A stretch of DNA of 64,000 nucleotides from Protoeuglena noctilucae (taxonomy: Eukaryota), in contig OY253684.1 in the NCBI GenBank assembly GCA_958009085.1, positions 434,001-498,000 on the forward strand, written 5' to 3'. A program made the position numbers and the translations under genes. Positions 49,458 through 60,327 of the stretch are shown piece after piece (the stretch's first letter is position 1; every line of letters begins with the position of its first letter). The notes beneath the pieces were generated by a model, which saw nothing but the letters and a program-made list of their open reading frames with translations, was not told where the DNA came from and searched no databases.

Positions 49458-52400
49458 TCAGTAGTGGCTCTGCTGCGGCGCGTTGCACACCGCGCAGCAC
49501 CCGAACCTCTCCACGTATTGATTCCAGGCATCCCGGGACGCCACATGAGACGCATTAACCGTGCACGCGTGCCTGTCCTCTACAGGGTACCCCGACACGC
49601 AGCACTGGGGACTGGCGGCCTTGCATCCGTGGCAGGTCAGTGAGCCCTTGAAGGTGTCGGTGGAGCAGCGGTCGCAGATGCGGGTGTGAAGGGCCTGAGG
49701 GGTGGTGGGCGGGTGGGGGTGAGTGGTGCCACACCCGTGCTGCACACACACACCCGCACCCACACACCCACTCTTTCTCCCTCACCTGCTCCACCCTCTG
49801 CTCCATCGACTTCTCCAGCACCCAGTCCCTCACGCGCTCCACCGCGTCGGCGTCCAAGTAACTCTCCGTGGGTAACGGCACTTCCTGTGGCAAGTCCGTC
49901 TCGGTAAAGTCCGCCATCTCAATCGCCGGATCACCACCCGATGCCGCCTCCTCCATCGCATCGTAGATATCGAGGAGTTTGTTCAAAAGCACGAACGCCA
50001 TCGACGCGGACTCGTCGTCCTCGCCGCCCGCCGCGTCGTTGGCCGCGCGCCACGCGGACCCGGCCAGCATGAAGGCCTGGGGAGGGGTGAGGGTGGGGGT
50101 GGCAGTGGGGGTGGGGGTGGGGGTGGGGGTGTGGGTAGCAGTGTGGGTAGGGTAGCAGTGTGGGTAGCAGTGTGGGTGGGGGTGTGGGTGTCGGTGGAGG
50201 TGTGGGTGTGGGTGGGGGGAGGGGGTGTGGTGGGGGTGGGGGTGGGTGTGGGTAGCAATGTGGAAAGTTGGTATGATAAGCAACGATTAATCACCATCAT
50301 AAACATCGTCAACATGCCACCGCATTCTCATCACTCCCCACCCCACAGATACAACCACTCGCCTTGTCGGCAGGCACGGCCGGCACAAGCCTCAGCAGCG
50401 CCGTGGCCTGCATGGCGGCCAGCGCGTGCATCCCCTCCTTCGCGCACTGCTTGTGCAGCTTCAGGTAGTGAGCCGCGTCGGCCATCCTCCTCATCTCCGA
50501 TGCCTGGCTCGCGGGCGCGCCCCCCATCGCCATGCGTAGGATCCGGCGTGTCGCATCGGCGCTCTCCGCGCTGTCCTTGCCCTGAGACAGTGCCAGGCAC
50601 CCCTTGGCGACGGATAGGTAAAGGGGGAGCAGCTTGGGATCGAAGGAGGCCATGTGTTTGTCCAGCACGATGGCTGCACCACCCCAGTCCTTGGACTGTG
50701 CTTTGATCTGCGCGTGGCGTGCCGCGTAGGCGTTGGCCACCTCGGGGCCCATGGGGCGGGCCATCTCATGCACGCGGTCCCACTGCGGGGGGTGGGGGGT
50801 TGGTGGGGTGTGGGTGTGGGTGTGGGTGCAGTGAGGTGGGTTGAGTGGGGTAGGTGGGGTAGCTGACGAGGTGACTGCCTCCACCAATGCACTGACTGCC
50901 ACTCATCGACTAACCCTATTACAACTCCCCCCCCCAATCACCTGCCCCCTCTGCGCCAGCATGTCCAGCGACTGCCACCACTGCACCACCACTCCATCCA
51001 TTACCAGTATAATCATAACCATTCCTCCACCCCCCCTCATGCTCCACCACCCCTCACCTGCCCCCTCTGCGCCAGCATGTCCAGCGACTGCCACCCACCA
51101 CTCCCTCTATCACTATCACTGTCACCACTCCCTCTATCACCATCACTATCACCACCCCTCTCACCTGCCCCCTCTGCGCCAGCATGTCCAGCGACTGCCT
51201 CCCCGCCCCCGCGGCCGCCAGCCCCTCCACATCCCCCGCCTTGGCCAGTGCCTGCGCCCTCTCTGCCTTGACCATCTCCACCAGGTCTGGGTCATTCGAG
51301 GACTCGGCTAACTGAGATGGGGGGGGGGGGGGGGGGGGAGGAGGGGGGGGAGTGAGGGGAAGTGGGAGGGAGTGGGAGGGAGAGAAAGGGAGTGAAAGAG
51401 AGGGAGGGAGGGAGAGAGAGGGAGTGGCAGTGGGGGAGTGAGTGAGAGGGAGTGAGTGGCAATAAGAGGGAGGGAGGGACAGTGAGTGAGACGGAGTGAA
51501 TTTGAATGTACAGGGGCGAGTGAGGCAGCGGTGGCGGGTTGATGCAAGGTGCAAGCAGGGTCGTGACGTCTGCCACCCCACCCGATCACCCATGACCCCA
51601 CCACCCCACACCATCCCCCATCCCCACCCACCCCCCCACCTTCCCCCCCCACCTGTGCCGCCTCCCCCCACATCCCCACCCATCATGCCATCACCCACAC
51701 CCCACCCACACCCATCACCCCACACCCCCCCCATCTCACCTGCGCCGCCTCCCCCCACACCCATCACCCACCCATCATCTACCCCAATAAACCCACCCCC
51801 ACCCCACCCTATACCCCAACTTCCCCACCCCACCCCCTCATCCCCCCACCTGTGCTGCCTCCCCCCACATCCCCACGCTGGTGTAGACCCTGCAAGCGGA
51901 CCTCACGTCCCTCACTCCCTGGTACAGCTCAGCCGCCGCAGAGTGCCTGCCCAGCTCCACCAGCTTGTCCGATGCGCGCTTGACGACCGAGGGGGCGCTG
52001 TCGGGGGTCCAGTCCTCGGCAAGGGCAACCGCCTGGGGGGTTGGGTGGTGTGTAATGGTTGATCTTACCAGTATTGGTATAACAACTACTATGAGTGGTT
52101 GCCGCTGAGTGTTCGTCACTGCTTTCATGGCCGCTGGTATCATCGCTGCAACACTCGCCTGCTCCCACGCCCTCTGCAGCTTGTCCGGATCGGCCACGTC
52201 TGCTTCGGAAATACTCAAATACGCCTCGATCGCCCCAGGGAAGTTCCTCTGCATCTCCAGCCCCTTCGCGATCGCCAGAGCGTCCAACCGCCGGCCGCTC
52301 GCGCTGTGTGCGCCCCCCAGCACGGCCGCCTGCGCCTCGCGGATCTCCCGCTGCTTGTGGGGGGGCAGCCAGGCCTGGGCCAGGCGCAGGGCGCTCTGCC

Positions 52401-55400
52401 AGTCGTGGTGGTCCCTGGGGGGGGAGGGGTGAGGGGTGCAGGGGGTGAGAGTGTGGGTAGGGGTGGAGGATGGGGGTGGCAGTGAGGGTAGCAGTGGGGT
52501 TGACAGTCACGACACGCAAGCCACCCTCCGGCTCACACCCCAGACACACAGTCACACAGTCAATCACACAGCATTGCACATAGCATAGTTCGTGACTCAC
52601 TTGTACATGTCGACTGTCCTCTCCGGCTCCCATCACAGTCACACAGTATCGCTCATGACTCACACACACAGTCAGTCACACTCACTTGTACATGTCCACT
52701 GCCCTCTCCGGCTCCTTGGCGTCGATGAAGAGCTTCTCAGCCGCGGCAAAGTCGCCCTGCTCAGCCAGGGACGTGGCCTGGGCGATCTGGGGGGAGGTTG
52801 GGGGAGAGGAGAGAGGTGAGGGGAGGGGGGGTGGGATGGGTGAGGGAGAGGGCGAGGTGAAAGGGGTGGGGTGCGTGCGGGGATGGAGAGCGGGAGAGAG
52901 TGGCAAAGTGAAGACACAGAGCATGACCAGCACAGTCATACCACAGCCACCCCATCCATGCCATCCCTGCTCTATCCGCTTCCCATCACTGCTCCTGCTC
53001 ACACCTGTATGTCCCTCACGCTGCCCCAACCCCCCCATTCACTCTATACCACTACCACAACCCCACTGCCCCCATCCCACTCACCTGTACGTCCCTCACG
53101 CTGGCCGCGTCGTGCCCCTCAGCCACCCTCATGGCCGCCGCGAAGTCCTGCTGGTGCAGCCACATGTCGATGGCCTCGCGGGGCTTGCTGGCCTGGATGA
53201 AGTGGCTCTCCGCTTTCTGTGTGAATGGGAGAGAGATGAGAGAGTGGGGGTGTGAGTGACCGTCAATGCTTGCTGGCCTGGGTGAAGGGTGAGCGTGCAC
53301 GGCGTACTTGAAATGCACCTCACCTCCACAGTATCTATATATATCACATATATACAAAGTATAATTACTGTCACCACATCACTCACCGCGAACTCCCCCT
53401 CGTCCTCCAGGTACATGGCGTACTTCAGATGCACCATCTACCATATACATCATTAATATATGTACAATATCTATACCATATACACGTCACTCACCGCGAA
53501 CTCCCCCTCGTCCTCCAGGTACATGGCGTACTTGAGATGCACCTCGGCCTCCTTGCCCTTCGCCCCCGTCTGCGCCAATTCGAATGCCATAGTGAAGTTG
53601 GCACTCTCCACCGCATACTCAATCGCCTGGTCGACCAACCCGTGCCGGCTCAGGTACTGCGCGCCCGCCTCCCCGCCCAAAGCCATGGCACGGGCAAAGG
53701 CGACCTGAGGGGGGGGTAGTGGGGAGTGGGGGTGAGAGTAGGGGAGGTGGGGAGTGGGGGTGAGAGAAGGGGGGAGGTGGGGAGTGGGGGTGGGGGTAAG
53801 GGGTGGGGGTAGCGGTAGGGGTGGCAGTGGGGGAGCGAGAGTGGGGGTTTCACTGTAACCACATCCCAGCCACGCCCCCTCGCCTGCTTGGCGGCGTTGG
53901 GTCCTCCGCACGCCTTGGCCACCCGGAGCGCGTCGTCCCACTGCTCGGCGTTCCTGTACATGTGCACCGCCTGCTTCCACTCGCGGGCCTCCACGTAGTG
54001 CTTCTCGGCCTCGCGCAGGCGACTCTGGGAAATGATGAGGGGATTGGATAAGGTTAGTTACTTATATAATGCGATCAAAAGCATCGACGTAGCGCCCCTA
54101 GCTGCTGCGCCACATCGCAGTCACGTCCCCACTCCCCCACCAGCACCACCCCTCCCCATCCCTCTCTCTCCCCCACCTGCCCCTTCAGCTGCTGCGCCAG
54201 GTGCAGGTGCATCACACATTCACATTCACATCCACACAACCACATACCCATTCACATCCCCATCCCCACCACCCCATCACCTGCCCCTCCAGCTGCTGCG
54301 CCAGGTGCAGGTGCGTCTCGGTCAGCAGCTCCTTGCGATGTTTTGATACTAATCGGATCATGTCTTCGAATCTCCCCTCCTTCTTGTACATGAAGATGGC
54401 CTTGTCGGCCTCGCCCACGGTTAAGTACAGGCGCTCGGCGTCACGCAGGTTGCCTGGGGGGTGGGGGGAGGTGTGTGTGTCAGTAATTGAGACATGCATT
54501 ATATAGCACTAGTACTAGGCACTGTTACAGCCGCATCATTCAGCCGATCGGCATTTGCGCTTGGCAAAACGGAGTGCCCACCCTCACCCCCTCTCATCCC
54601 CACCACTATCACCCCCACCCATCCACTCACCCGCCCTCTCCGCCTCCCCCGCCTTCTGCAGGTACAGCAGCGACCTCTCCGCCTCCCTCAGGCACTCGCT
54701 GGCCACCCTCCACGCCGCCTCGTGCTTGCCCGCGCCCACGTACATCGTCCACGCGTCCACGGGGCAGTCGGCCTCTCGGTAGAGGCGCTCGGCTTCGCTG
54801 AGGTCGCCGGAGTCCTCGTAGTGACGCGCGACCTGGGGAGAGGGGGGGGTGTGGGGGTGGTGATGAGAGGGGTGGTGGTTTTGGTGATGAGATGGTGATG
54901 AGGGGGGTTGGTGGGGTGGTGGTGATTAGACAGAGGAGGGGGTGAAGAGAGAGGGGGGTGATGGGTGTATGGGGTTGGGGGAGAGCAGCCACTGCCACGC
55001 CTGTCACACACACTGCCACCCACACCCACACCCACACCCACACCCACACCCACACCCACACCCACACCTACACCCACACCCACACCCACACCCACACCCC
55101 CATCATCCACCCCCACCCATCTCTCACCCTCTTGTACACGGCCGCTGCCCTGGTGGGGTCCCCCCTGAGCGTGGTGTTGGCGAAGGCCACGGCCTTGGCC
55201 CACTGCTTGGCGTGGATGGCCGCGTCGATGGCGCGGTCGTAGTTCTGCGCCTCGATGAAGTGATTAACAGCAGCGTCCCACTGCCTGCGAGTTCACACAT
55301 GTAATTGGTTGTTAGTATGAGTGGCTGTGTCTCGATGAAGTGATTGACCACCTGCCACCCCCCATCCATCCCCTCACCTGTTCGCCGCGTGCCACTCCCC

Positions 55401-58400
55401 CCAGGTGTCATTGACTCACACCCCCATCCATCCATCCATCCCCATTCACCCCTTCTCACCTGTTGGCGGCATGCCATTCCCCCAGGTGCCATACCATCAC
55501 ACACATCACATGAATCTCTTGACCCACTTCATTCACATCCCTCACCTGTTGGCGGCGTGCCACTCCCCCCATGTGTCCTCCACCTCGGCCACCCTGTCCG
55601 GGAACGACCGCCGGCAGAGCTGGATGGCGCGCTCGAAGCAGTGGCCCCTCACAAACGCATCCAAGGCACCCGCAGCGTCGCCCTGGAGGGAGGGAAGTGA
55701 GGGGGGGTGATACTGTTACTGATACCATCACACAGCGATTTCAGTCATAGAGACCACCCATTGTCATATCATCACACAGCAACACCATCACAGTCACACC
55801 AACACCATTCACGATCACAGTAGCACCATCATCATTCCCCACCTGGTGCTCCATCAGCTCCCCCGTCATCTGGTGCATCCCCGCCCGCTTGAGCGCCTCG
55901 GTCACTTTGGCCACCAGCGACGGCTCCACCCCCGCGCCGCCCTTCCCCTGCCCCATGATGACCTTGGCTGCTTGCGCCGGGAAGCCACCGCGCAGGTAGA
56001 GGGAAATGGCAGCTAAGTAGTCGCCCTCTCTCTCTTTGATCTTGGCTGCCTTGTCCTCCTGGCGACTGTCCAGGAGCCACTGGGGGGGGGGGGAGGAGGA
56101 TGGTGGGGTGAGGTGTCGATGGTAGGGAGATGGGGTGGTGCATGCGCTTGAGCTTGTTGTATCACATCACTCATATCATCACTCACTCATCTCCACTCAC
56201 CTGGTAGTGCATGCGCTTGAGCTTGTTCCCCTCCGGGTGCGCGTACCGGTCGGCCACGCGAATCGCGTCCTCCCACCGCCCCATGCCCTTGTGCAGCTGC
56301 ACCGCCTCCTCGACCGCCCCGTTCTGCAAGAGAAGCGACTCGGCGTCGTCCTGCCGACCGTTCAGCACCTGCAACCTCGCCCGCACCAGCCAATGGTCCA
56401 TGCCGGGGCGGCCCGTAGCACGTTCCGACTCGTGGGCCAGAGCACGGATGCGCTGGATGTACCGGGCCTTGGGGAGGTCGCCCACCGTCGCGAAGGCCAT
56501 CTCTGCGAGAGGGGGCGAGTCGGGGAGTGAATGAGTACATCTGTCATTGGTCATAACCAAGGTTCGTCAGTACTTCGATCAGTCAGTCAGTCAGTCCAGT
56601 GGCAGCCACCAGCCACCACCACGCACCCACCCGCCAACCACCCCAACCCCATCTCCCACTCACCCGCCACCACCAGGTCGCCATCTTCCATCGCCCGGTG
56701 CCCCACCCCCACACACCACACCACCACTCACCCACCACCCATCATCTCCCACTCACCCGCCACCACCAGGTCGCCGTCCTCCATCGCCCGATGCCCCAGC
56801 GCCCGCCACCGCGCCTCGGCCTCCCCCGGCGGCTGCCCCGACAGCACCTCGACCGCCGCCCACCAGTCGCGCCCCTCGATCGCGGCATCAAACACGATGT
56901 TGCTCTCGTCCAATTCAAACGTGTCGACCGTCTCCGGTCCTTGCACGGTGACCTGGGTGCGCCCCTCCACCCGCACCATCCCCGTCACGTCCCCCCGTAT
57001 GGGTATGACCTGCTGCTGGCTGGCGTCAGAAACCGAGTACCACACCACGAAGCTGGAGCCGCTCTGCGCCACCATGACGTCCGACGCGGGGGCCCACTGG
57101 CAGTAGCTGACCGAGGAGGCCATGGTGCGGCGCTGCTGGGTGGAGACGTCGAGCAGGAAGAGGTTGTTGCGCTTGTCTGCGAGAGTGGGGTGAGAGATGA
57201 GAGTGGGGTTACGGTAAGCAGAGTGAGGGTGGGGCTGTGGTAAGCAGACCGTGAGTTGGCATTACGTGGGTGCGCTACAGAAACCACCGAAGCACAAACC
57301 CGCTCATCTTACCCCATCCCATCCCATCCCCTCTCACCCTTGAACATGACGTGGGTGCCCCGGTGCGACATCTCCAGGAACGTGATGCGGTGCTCGTGCG
57401 TCATAGCCGCCAGCGCCTGCCCCGAGGCCAGGTCCACCACCCGCACCGTCTGTGCATCTAACAGGTACGCCAGTCGCTTGACGGCGGGGGTGGCGTCCCT
57501 CGCGGGCACCAGGCACAGGGAGCGGACGTACTTGCTGGGGAACTCGGTGCGGCCGGACCAGAGGGGCTCCGAGGAACCGTACTGGGTGGGTGAGAAGGGG
57601 TGGGGATGGGTAAGGAGGGTGTGGGGGTGAGAAGGGGTGGGGTGGGGGTGTGAGGGTGTGGGTGTGGGCAGGGGGGCTGCGGCGGTGTGCGGGTGGGATA
57701 GGAGGGTATGGGTGTGGACGGGGGAGGGCTGTGGGGGTGTGCGAAATGGCGCACACAGTGCGTGACACTGCCAGGTCCTCTGCCTTCACCTCCATCACCT
57801 TGAGCTTCCCCATGGCACATGCGACACATGCCACCATAACACCCCTGTTAATGTAATGTCCCACCTCCCCTCCCCCTCACCTCGATGACGGTGAGCTCCC
57901 CCATTGCACACACGACACGCCTTCCAATCACATCACAACCCTGCCTCCTCTCCTTCCCCTCACCTCGATGACCGTGAGCTCCCCCGCGGCGTAGACGACG
58001 CACGCGGCCGGGTCGTCGCAGTAGAAGCGCTCCTTGCCCGTGGCGGCCCACTTGATCTCTGAGAAGCGGCGCGTGGCCATGCTCCCCAGCAGCAGCGTGT
58101 GGGACGTGGTGGCCACCACGAACTCGCCGTGGTGCACCTTCACGGAGTCGATCTCGTGACCGTGCGCGGAGCCAACTGGGAGGGGCGGGAGGGCGCGGGG
58201 TGGGGGTAAGCGAGGTGCATTGGGGTTTGGAGGGGGGGAGTGGTGAGATGGAGTGCAGAATGAGCGAGTTATGCAGAGTCATGCAAAGCTGGGCTTCAGG
58301 GTACAAGTGTGGGGCGAGGGGCGTGCCCGCCTCTGCCATGACACGGCTACACTACGCCAGACAGACAGGCTGCCTCTTCCATCCACACACAGCAAGACTC

Positions 58401-59619
58401 ACCGGCGATGGATGCTCCCGTGGTGGCGTCCCGCAGCCGCACTTGGGACTTGGAGGTGTAGGACAGGTGAACCTCCTTCGCGTGGCCCATGGCGTCGGTC
58501 CCCACGTACTTGACCTTCCTCAGCATCGACTCAAAGACGTCCACGCACCCCGTCAGCGTCCCAACCACCACCCCGGCGCCGTCGGGGCGGAAGGCCAGGG
58601 CCGTGCCCGCGTACATGTTGGGCACGGCGCGACGGCCCGTCTGCTCCCACTTGAGCTCCCGGGGCCGCCACGAATAGACGACCAGGGCGTCGTGCGCCGC
58701 GACCACCACCGTGTCGCCCGCGGGAGACGCCGCGCCGCAGCCGACGTCGGCAGTCGGGGCGTCCGGGTCGGGCGGGAAGGTCGAGCGAGCACGGCCGGAC
58801 CGGGACTCGTAGAACACGACGTGGCCCGAGGGCCCCGCGGCGGCCAGGTCGACGCCCCATGCGAGGAAGGAGGGCGGGCAGGGGTGGACGGCCAGCTGCC
58901 GGAAGGACCCCGCGTCCGCGAAGTCGAACAGCACGATGGCCCCGTCGGTGTGGGCGGTGGCGAGGGAGCGGCCGTCCGGGGAGGTGCAGATGGCCGTGAC
59001 GGGCGCGCGGGTGTAGAGCGTGTCGGTCTTGTTCGTGCGGAGGTAGCCGGCCCGGACGCTGCCGTCCGCACAGCCGAAGGCGACCAGGTTTGGGTCGCTG
59101 GGGGACCAGCACACGCACGTGACGGGCGTGGGGACCTCGAACTTGTTGCAAATGGACTTCTTGTCGCCCCACTCACTGCCCAGCTTGTAGATGAAGACGA
59201 TGTTGTCGGACTGGGCCACGGCCAGCCGCGTGCTGTCGGGGGAAAAGGCCATGCCCCGCACGTGGAAGGGCCGCGCGGCCGCCGCATCTTTCACGGACGA
59301 GCGCGCCTTGAAGCGGTCCTTCTTCTCGCCATTCTCGTCGAACAGGAAGACCACCCGCTCCGTCGTCACCGCGGCGAGCTTCTGCCCGTTGGGCGCGTAC
59401 GCCAGCGCCGTGACCCTGGGCGCGCGGGGGGACGCGGTCGGGGCGCGGAGCGATTGTGGTATAAACGAGAAGCTCGCGGAGAACACGGTCGGGGATTGGC
59501 GGGGGGCGGGGACGGCGCGGGAGCTCGTCCCGTGCGCATGCGACGCGCGCCTCCCTTCCCGCGCACCTGGTGATCTGCTCCTTGCCCGGGAGCAAGTTCT
59601 GAGCGAACTTGAGTTGCAT
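49458..59619 (-). CDS. IFT172: Intraflagellar transport protein 172 (WD40 plus TPR-like solenoid), about 21 exons
   Basis: MQLK…VTALAYAPNGQKLA…LFDENGEKKDRF, LAVAQSDNIVFIYKLGSEWGDKKSICNKF, YCQWAPASDVMVAQS, VHLKYAMYLEDEGEF, and C-terminal REAWN-like RDAWNQYV…C. Hand-summed exons give about 1750 codons, matching canonical IFT172 length. Confidence 0.96.
55017..55099. repeat. (CACACC)n microsatellite in an IFT172 intron
   Basis: About 13 near-perfect hexamer units; on the sense strand this reads (GGTGTG)n just after a donor site. Confidence 0.9.
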
Positions 59620-60327
59620 GCTCCCTACGCCGGCCCGGGGGGCTTCCTACGGGGAGCAGGGGCGCTGGCTCCCGGCCCGCAGGTCGGGACCTGGCAGGGC
59701 GCGGGACGGTCGGGAGCCGGCCAGCGAGAGCAAGCGCCCGGAATGAAGGCCTTGGATCGGACGCCAATCACTGACGGGATGCGGGGCAGGCGGGCGGGCG
59801 GAGGGGACGGGGATTTCGAAACAAAACTCCGGCATCAGAAACGCCAATGGCGATGAGGAAAGGAGGGCTTAGGGCACAGTCCTGTCCTGCTCGGCGTTCC
59901 TGGCCGTCCCGATGGTTGTCTCTCTCGCGGCTGGGCGCGCTGGGCGAGGCGGGAACACGCGCACAGCGCCGAGGGCGGCGACGCGACGCACGACCTCGCC
60001 TCTCCGAGGGCAAGAGCTCCACGTACGGATGGGTGATGGGTATGCACGCTGGAGATCGAGGTTCGGCGCAGGTGATCTTCTGCAAGGCCCATGGCGCCGT
60101 GGACTGGTCAGGAGCGGCGCGGCCTGACTTTGCCGCCCCGCCTCGTTCAGGTTTCTGCGTTAAATAGGGGCCCGGGGGCCTCGTTAGGAGCAAAAGGCTA
60201 CAATTGTTCTTGACCGCGATCGGTAGTGCAAACCGTGCGTGATTGGAGCGGTTCCGCGTCCTCTCTCGCTGCCCAAGATGTGCGATCATATACCGATATA
60301 TTTTTCGGTGGTAAGTTTCGATTCTTT

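Noticed and set aside
50939..51199. CRISPR-like appearance (38-nt identical repeats with spacers)
   Set aside because: The repeat is IFT172 exon sequence, the spacers are low-complexity and about 70-80 nt, there are no cas genes, and the context is eukaryotic.
51319..51338. Homopolymer G run of about 19-20 nt
   Set aside because: Part of the intronic G/C tracts, and its length is unreliable in assemblies.
9478..59619. Possible TAA/TAG-to-Gln recoding, since nearly all genes end in TGA
   Set aside because: No in-frame TAA or TAG was seen in conserved exons, and DAHP synthase ends at TAG where expected. GC bias explains the TGA preference.
389..59619. Co-location of ciliary genes (dynein, NEK, IFT172) as a functional cluster
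   Set aside because: They are separated by many unrelated genes; three in 64 kb is plausible by chance.
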